Origin: Octopus sinensis
Lineage: Eukaryota
DNA length: 64,000 bases
Direction: 5' to 3'
NCBI RefSeq assembly: GCF_006345805.1
Contig: NC_043012.1
Span: 8,246,001-8,310,000 of the forward strand
The notes beneath the pieces were generated by a model, which ran no database searches, was not told where the DNA came from, and saw nothing but the letters and a program-made list of their open reading frames with translations. A program made the translations under genes and the position numbers. Positions within the stretch are counted from its first letter, which is position 1. The number at the start of each line of letters is the position of its first letter. Shown one piece after another: positions 56,072-64,000 of the stretch.

Positions 56072-56460
56072 GGCGTAGGAGAAGCTGTGTGGTAAGTAGT
56101 TTGCTTACAAACCACACAGTTCTGGGTTCAGTCCCACTGCGTGGCACCTTGAGCAAGTGTCTTCTACTATAGCCTCGGGCCGACCAAAGCCTTGTGAGTG
56201 GATTTGGTAGGCGGAAACTGAAAGAAGCCCGTCGTATATATGTATATATATGTGTGTGCGTTTGTTTGTCCCCCCAACATCGCTTGACAACCGATGCTGG
56301 TGTGTTTACGTCCCCACAACATAGCGATTCGGCAAGAGAGACCGATAGAATAAGTACTAGGCTTACAGAGAATTGGTCCTGGGTTCGATTTGCTCGACTA
56401 AAGGCGGTGCTCCAGCATGGCCACAGTCAAACGACTGAAACAAGTAAAAGAGCAAAAGAG
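56072..56460 (+). mobile_element. SINE family A
   Basis: Full-length copy, head-to-head with 55405-55808. Confidence 0.9.
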
Positions 56461-56772
56461 TATACAGACAGACAGACAGTCAAACAGACGAAAGCAATTT
56501 GTGAGCAGAACAGAAAGTGTTTGCAAGATTTTTCACAAGATCAACATGTGGCATTGTTTTTGTTATCTACATTCCAACGATGGAGTATTGTATCTTTGTT
56601 AGAAACCAGCTCCTTCCTCAGAAGAAGAATTTCGATAACTAGAAATAAGAGAACATGCATACATGCTGATATACATACACACATACATGCATGCATGCTC
56701 ACGTGCGTACACGTATGATTGATTGGTTTGACAATTATCATGAACCAACGAAGTGTTTCGTGCACAATACTA

Positions 56773-57185
56773 GGATCTTTTCGGTTTGAACGCCAGTTTT
56801 TTCTAGCGGTGTCATACGAAATTGTCACCCATAATTATGACCCTACAATCGATCTATTGCATTTCAATCTCTTTTAGGGTTCGGGTTGGGGGAAGGGTAT
56901 CTTTTTTGTTCTTCACAAATGTAAATAAACCCAATTTGTTTCTTAAACGAGGGACATATTCATACGGCACAGAATGCTTTTTAACTCAATAGACGTCACT
57001 GATTGGTTGAAATTGCAGAAATTGAAGGAAAAAAAACAACAAATATCTTACAAACTATAGAATTTTCTCAATAAAGCCAAGAGAAAAAGATGTTTTATAA
57101 ACACATTCTACCAGTATACGAAGTTAAAAATTTTTTAGTTACCAAGAAATTATGTTAAAAACTGCCGTTCAAACCGAAAAGATCC
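56773..57185 (-). mobile_element. MITE with GG-terminal TIRs (Merlin-like), copy 2
   Basis: Perfect 8-bp TSD CAATACTA at 56765-56772 and 57186-57193; inverted relative to copy 1. Confidence 0.9.
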
Positions 57186-57908
57186 CAATACTATTTCAAC
57201 ATGTCCTTTAATGAATGAAAACTGTAACTATAGTAAGAAGAAACGAATTTAAACACGGCTGAAATGTTGCCTTAAATTCAATATTACACGTACAAGGGTA
57301 ACAACGAAAAAATAAAAATAATAAGAGAGAAGAAAAAGGACGAAATGGATTGATGATGCAGCAGAGTCCAGAATTAATTAGAATTAAAATGTTAATCATT
57401 AACTTACAGCGACTAACAATTAACAATTACTTTCCATTCAGAGAGAAAAACTTTCATTTTAATACATGTAATCTTTAGCTTAAAGCCTCAACTTCTGTTG
57501 GGTTATTTCTTCATTAAGTCAAATTACTTTTCGTCTAGCTAAACAGGCGTTCGTTCGTTAGTGGCTGGAATGTGAAGCAGCCATTATTATATAACAGCGA
57601 CTTGAGTTTCTCTTTAAGATTTGACTGCACGTATTAACACGAGACGACCATTAATAGCACAGACGAACGTTTACCGCGTTATATTATTATGGAAACACTT
57701 ACAGCCAACAATTTTCCTCGTCTCTCTAATTATATCATGTTTTCGAGCCAACTAAAATTGTATCGACATTTTTTTTCTTTCTTCTGCTACCCACCTATTA
57801 TATATTATTAATTACATCGTTATAATATTTCTGGCTCACAGAAATTCAATTTTATTCAGAAATCTTTTACAATCTGTTCTCGGCATCAATTAATTTACAT
57901 TTTAACTT

Positions 57909-57943
<35 letters not shown>

Positions 57944-58089
57944 AAAAAAAGAAAAAAGAAATTGTTATTCTCATGTCTTGTAATAATTTTATAAATAACA
58001 GTTTTTCTTGAAATCATCCCCTACGATGATTAATGTATAAAACAGAAATAATGGAGATGGCGTATATCCGGAAAACCGCTCTTTTTCCA

Positions 58090-58094
58090 GAAAG

Positions 58095-58127
<33 letters not shown>

Positions 58128-58314
58128 GTTGCTGCTTCTGCTACTATTGATGGTGCTGCTGCTACCACCACCGCCGATACCACTATTACTACAACTACCT
58201 CCACCACCACCACAGCCACCACCGCCGCCACCGCGCTAGTAGCAGTATTAGCAGTATTAGTAGTAGTAGTAGTAGTAGTAGTAGCAGCAGTAGTAGTATT
58301 AGTAGCAGTAGCAA

Positions 58315-58376
<62 letters not shown>

Positions 58377-58378
58377 TT
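58090..58378. repeat. (CTA)n / (CCA)n / (TAG)n trinucleotide arrays in inverted arrangement
   Basis: CTA run at 58095-58128 faces TAG/CAG runs at 58236-58374. Confidence 0.85.
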
Positions 58379-58721
58379 GCCACTGCTGTATTGCTGGATA
58401 TATTTTGCCATGCAAAAACAAACGAAACAGTAGACCAGGGATTATCAATCTTTTTCACTTCATGAAACACTGGATATCAAATGAAAAAAATTAATGGTTC
58501 ATTTCGTACAAAACTTTTTGTCACATCTACGTTAAAAAAATTTTTTAAACATCATGTTTATTTATCATAAATGTATATAAAAAAAAAATGTGGAATAACA
58601 CGTTACGTTGACTTCGACGGGATTTGAACTCCGACCGCAGCGAATCAAAACAGGTACAGTATCCAACGCTCTAATGGATCAGACAAAATAGTAACGAACT
58701 GGTAGAATCGTTAGCATGCCG

Positions 58722-59143
58722 GGATCTTTTCGGTTTGAACGGCAGTTTTTAACATAATTTCCAGGTAACTAAAAAATTTTAAACTTCGTATACTGGTAGA
58801 ATGTGTTTATAAAACATCATTTTCTCTTGGCTTTCTTGAGAAAATTCTGTAGTTTGTAACATATTTCGTCTTTAATTTCTTGCATTTCGGCAATTTTAAC
58901 CAATCAATGACCGTCTATTGAGGTGAAAGCATTCTGTGCTGTGTGAATATGTCCCTCGTTTAAGAAACAGATTGGGTTTATTTACATTTGTGAGGAAAAA
59001 AAGATACCCTTTCCCCACCCCTAAGCCTAACCCTAAATCTAAAAGAGATTGAAATGCAATAGATCGATTCTAGGGTCATAATTATGGGCGACAATTTCAT
59101 ATGACACTGCTAGAAAAAACTGGCATTCAAGCCGAAAAGATCC
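58722..59143 (+). mobile_element. MITE with GG-terminal TIRs (Merlin-like), copy 3, no TSD
   Basis: Both TIRs present; sits between the head and the tail of a family C SINE. Confidence 0.85.
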
Positions 59144-59232
59144 GAACTTTCCCCAATAATTTCAGGCCTTATGCATACAGTATAAAGAAAACATACAGAC
59201 ACACATACAAACACAAACACACACACATATAT

Positions 59233-59780
59233 AAGTGTAATAGTTATATCTTAAAAATCATATAAGATAAATATATATAGGCGCAGGAGTGGCTATGTGG
59301 TAAGTAGCTTGCTAACCAACCACATGGTTCCGGGTTCAGTCCCACTGCGTGGCATTTTGGGCAAGTGTCTTCTGCTATAGCATGCTATAGCATGTGTGTG
59401 TGTGTTTGTCCCCCTAGCATTGCTTGACAACCGATGCTGGTGTGTTTACGTCCCCGTCACATAGCGGTTCGGCAAAAGAGACCGATAGAATAAGTACTGG
59501 GCTTACAAAGAATAAGTCCCGGGGTCGATTTGCTCGACTAAAGGCGGTGCTCCAGCATGGCCGCAGTCAAATGACTGAAACAAGTAAAAGAGTAAAGAGT
59601 ATATAATACTAGCAATATTGTATTGATAAATAAATAAAGTACAGCGATGATTAATAAAACGTTTTAAAATGTTTAAAAAGTTCATTTCAATAATTATCGC
59701 TGTACTTTATTTATCAATACAATATTGTTAATATTATATACTTATCTTTATAATGATTTTTAAGATACAACCATTACACT
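59233..59780. repeat. Fold-back element 8, left arm split by a family A SINE (59280-59600)
   Basis: 59233-59278 pairs with 59735-59780, and 59600-59655 pairs with 59690-59740. Confidence 0.75.
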
Positions 59781-60328
59781 ACTCTACTCTCTAATATATG
59801 TAATCGCTCTTATGAATCTCTATCTTTTAAGATTTTAAACATATTTCATAGCAGAGCACTTAATTGACATCCAGTACACTTTGTTTTCAAAGGACATATT
59901 TAACTATATATGCACACACGCATATACACACACACAAGATGGAGAATACTTCCCGAATCGAAATTTATCGGATGACTGTACACGTGACCGGATATGAAAG
60001 GAATACGTTAACCTGAGACGGTGTCAGCTGTGTAGATCATCAACTACCGTGTGTTATACATCAGGGGAAGAGGGAAATTTTAAATTTTAAAGAAAGAATA
60101 TATTTCGGGGAGCTGTAAGCTCACCTTAATATAACTTTTATATTGAGCAGCTAGTGGAACTTATACCGTACGTACGTATGTATGTATATATGGTATATAT
60201 GTATACGTACGGATTCAAAATTGTACAAAAAAAACATAAGATAGAGACAGGCGAGGGTCAACAAAGTGTATTAGTTTGACGCCCAGGAAAAATAGAAGTG
60301 TCTTACATTTCGAGCCTACATATATATA

Positions 60329-61143
60329 TCAGGTTGAGCGTCTTTGCTGTCGCCAGACAATACGATCGGTTAAAATTCACAGATTTAAACTTCGTTTAAA
60401 CATATAAAATACATTTTTGTCAAAAAAACTAGTTGAAATTAATGTTTTCTTTTGACACATTCTACCAGTATACGAAGTTTCAAATTATTTAGTTAACTAG
60501 AAAATCTGGCCTTCAAACTGAAAAGATCCACGTTTTGAAACATGAAATTCATCAGTATATATTTCAACAATGACCAGCACATTTTTGCCAACGAGTTACA
60601 TCTTTGTTTATTCCGGTAATATAAAAAATCTGGAGTTCTGGAGCTGATGAACTCTTTGAACGCACTTTCAACATCGGTTTGATTTTTGAACACCTTCTCT
60701 CGCAGGAAACCATCAAGGAGTTTGAAGAAGCGTTAGTCGGTAGGAGAAAGGTCTGGGGAAGAACTTCGTGGCCAAGTTCCCTCAACTTCTGTAGCGTCAT
60801 TAGTGAAACCTGTGCTCGAGCATTGTCATAAAGAATGACTGGCCCTCTTCTGTTGACCAGTCTGGGACAGAGAAGTAGTAGTTTTCCCTTCATTTTGGCA
60901 ATTTCATGGCAATATGTTTCTGCAGAAGTGGCTTTTCTGAGTTTTAAGAAGTTATAGTGGATGAGTCCAGCAGTACACTGCCAAACAGTCACCATAACCT
61001 TCTCTTTGAAGAGCTCGGGTTTAGGGAAGGCTTTATTATTGTCTGTATTATCAGACAATTGCAAAAAAATTTTCAAAACTCTGCAAAAATCCGGTACAAA
61101 TTCTTCATGGTTCAAAACGTTGCTTACTTTTTACTCAACCTGA
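60329..61143 (-). pseudogene. Internally deleted mariner (Hsmar1/SETMAR-like transposase remnant) with both TIR ends
   Basis: PKPELFKEKVMVTVW...LVNRRGPVILYDNARAQ...LRELGHEVLP...DLSPTN...RWQKC; TIR TCAGGTTGAGTAAAAAGTAAGCAACGTTTTGAA at 61143 and a split copy at 60329 / 60530. Confidence 0.88.
60455..60529 (-). mobile_element. Truncated end of the Merlin-like MITE
   Basis: ACACATTCTACCAGTATACGAAGTT...TTCAAACTGAAAAGATCC. Confidence 0.75.
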
Positions 61144-61854
61144 TGAAAGGAATACGTGCGCGCGCATATAAATTTATATGAAATAAACGGACTATACACC
61201 GAAATTAAGTTTTGTTCGGTCGGCTAACCATACTTTTAAGCATATTTAAAAAATAACGGCTAATTTAGAGAGTGTAAAAAGGTCTGAATAGTCGGTTGTC
61301 TACTGCTAAATCGTGAAGAAGAATTTCAACATCAGTAGGCATTTTGAAGTGAATTTTTTTATTTTTTATTTCAGGTTAGTGTACGATGGTGGAATTTGTT
61401 GTTCTGTTTAAGGCAACATCTCTGATACCGATAGACAAACGAACAGATACAACATAAGGTACAGATGACTCTTTAATTTCGCTGGAGACAAAACTCCTCT
61501 TTAATGTCGGTGCCACAATAAACTGCACCCGGTACACTTTGTGGAGTTGTTGGCGTTAGGGAGGGCTTCCCGCTGTTGAATCCTTAACAAAATATAAAGC
61601 ACAAGCAAAACATAGTTTCCAATCGTCGAAACCCTGCTAACAAAGAAAATCAGCAATTAAATTATGGTAATGATGATGTAGAGAGGGAGAAAGTGTTCTG
61701 CAACATTATATAATGTCTAAGTGCCACAATGCAGTAATACTGCAGTGAAACGCAGAGAAAAGAGAACTAGAATGCAATAGTTAAAACAAATTATTTTTAT
61801 CCTGATGGAGAACAGTCTGGAAAAAAAAAATTATATGCTTTATTACTGTCTCCA

Positions 61855-62300
61855 CCAGCTACACATCAACAAGTTACATAGGGTTCTTATACAGCACTCC
61901 TTCTTGGGTCGATGCTATAAACTCGAGTCGAGAAACACCACAAAACATTCAAAGTACATTTGGAAATCAAGAAATATAAGTGACCTACAGATATGGGCAA
62001 TCTCACAACGAATTAAAGTCATGTTTACCCTGCTTCACGGAGAAGTTCCACATTATTTACTATTGTACATTAGTCATAAAATAATACAAACTAATTTGGA
62101 ATTTCTGACATGCAGAATTTCTTCATCACGATTTCACAAAAGAAAGAAAAAGAGCCTCAAGCCCGCCGATGCAAGGCAGTCGACACCCGACTACCCGTAC
62201 CCGTTTCACTACCGAAAGTTATCGTTTTACTTTTTGAACACGTTTATAAGCATGGTCAATCGACCAGACGAAACCTCGAATCAGTGTGTAGCCCCCGGTG
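61855..62300 (+). mobile_element. Decayed Penelope-like GIY-YIG endonuclease end plus terminus
   Basis: SYIG..., RNTTKHSKYIWK and IWAIS resemble YIG...STxLSKYIW...W.I of Penelope endonucleases; downstream TGGTC-AATC-GACCA-GAC-GAAAC stem. Confidence 0.5.
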
Positions 62301-62552
62301 TCGTTGACACATAGACACACACATGCATATGTATATATAAACGCACACACACACATATATGTATAAAGCGTATATATATCATTGTTAAAGAGAACAATAT
62401 ATATATATATTTATTTATTTCTATACATCCACATACACACACGTATTTATATACACACATATGTACACAAAAATATAATGATACATATATATGTATGCAA
62501 AAATATGTGGATACGTATATATAAATGCATGCATATGTATACATATAAGTAT

Positions 62553-62591
<39 letters not shown>

Positions 62592-62657
62592 CACATATGT
62601 ATATATCTATAGACGCACACACACACACACGCGCACACACACACACACACACACACG

Positions 62658-62710
<53 letters not shown>

Positions 62711-62946
62711 GCATACACACATAAAAACATTCCTTATATACATACTATATATAAGCACTTTATATATTTAGATACTTATATGTATAAATGTGTGTGTATG
62801 TATATATATATATGTATAAATGTGTGTGTATATATATATATATATATATGTATAAATGTGTGTGTATATATATATATGTATAAATGTGTGTGTATATATA
62901 TATATATATATGTATAAATGTGTGTGTATATATATATATGTATAAA

Positions 62947-62987
<41 letters not shown>

Positions 62988-63780
62988 GTACACACACACA
63001 CATTTAGGAATCCAAAGTTAAAACAAGAGTACTCAATATGTATCCTGGTGTTGATTTATTTGTATTCAGTCAATAATGAATCATCGACTTTACACGAATA
63101 AAAATTTTAAAAAATAACACAAAAAGAAAAAGTAAAAAAAAACGTATAAAATATGTGTATACAAATATATAGATTTTTTTTTTTGTCTTTTTTTGCGCTT
63201 TGTAATGCAAATCATAAAAGTGTTTGATGTGTGTAGAGTCTGATATTTGTTGATTTATATATCATACGAAGACTCACACACACACACGCACACATACACA
63301 TACGCACGCGCATAAATAAACATACATGACACCAATAAAAAATAATCTCTAAGTGTATGTATGTGTGTGTGTTTATCTGTCTGTGTATACGTGCGTTTAT
63401 GTTTAAGAGAGTTTGTGTCGTTTTAGACGGAAACGGACAGATAAATAAAACAGTCTTGATGTTAATCAAACAAATATGTTGAATTCAATATATGTATACA
63501 CGTATGTATTATATATACACACATATACACACAGACAGAGACACACGCACACAGACAGGCACGCACACACACACACATATATGTTTAATGTATTATATAT
63601 TATTTTGTTAAGAGAGTGGAGACGTGGTGTTTTAGTGCGTGTGTTTGAATACACAAACGTGTACATACAGGCACATAAAGATATGCACTTCGTGTTACAT
63701 ACACGTAAAAATATATGTATGTATATTTGTGTATGTAATGTATGCATGTGTGCGCGCGCATGTATATTATATATATATAA

Positions 63781-64000
63781 AGTCAATCCAAACATGAAAA
63801 CACAAAGAGAAAACACAACACGAGGACATGGAACAAATATAGTATTATTGGACGATCAGGAAAGAAGGAGGGTTTAACGTTTCGAGCGGAGCTCTTCGTC
63901 AGAAACATAGGAAAAGGTAAGATCCAAAGAAGGGAAGACGGAGGAAAAAAATTGCCAACGGTACACACGCGGTCACATTTTGAATGACCGGAAGGGAATG
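63781..64000 (-). mobile_element. Penelope-like element terminus, runs off window
   Basis: Second copy of 10615-10815, abutting (TA)n. Confidence 0.65.
63872..63906 (-). ncRNA. Minimal type I hammerhead ribozyme, intact core
   Basis: GTTT-CTGACGA-A-GAGC-TCC-GCTC-GAAA-CGTT-AAAC: CUGANGA and GAAA boxes, 4-bp stems I and II, palindromic AACGTT in place of stem III. Confidence 0.7.

Overview
Eukaryotic, AT-rich, microsatellite-saturated DNA. The SINE, RTE, Penelope, R4/Dong and mariner repertoire points to a coleoid cephalopod, most likely Octopus (inference). Only one convincing host coding exon is present: minus strand 2682->1603, encoding the low-complexity N-terminal part of a scribbler/brakeless (ZNF608/ZNF609-like) co-repressor. 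It is probably preceded by about 1.26 kb of 5'UTR from a strong acceptor at 3942. The rest looks like 5' introns and upstream DNA of this gene. It contains at least five SINE families (one a chimera mobilised as a unit), three full GG-terminated MITEs (one with a perfect 8-bp TSD, Merlin-like), a piggyBac-type MITE, decayed mariners, R4/Dong and RTE LINE fragments, and Penelope-like termini with minimal hammerhead ribozymes. The most unusual signals are: (i) eight fold-back elements of unrelated sequence, most beside (TA)n tracts, some with hammerhead-like or tRNA-like cores; (ii) two locally templated, inverted insertions; (iii) short AATAAA-tailed retro-inserts in (GATA)n and in a SINE tRNA head. 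Almost all ORFs in the supplied track are microsatellite artefacts. No database search was run, so family names are pattern recognition and repeat boundaries are approximate.
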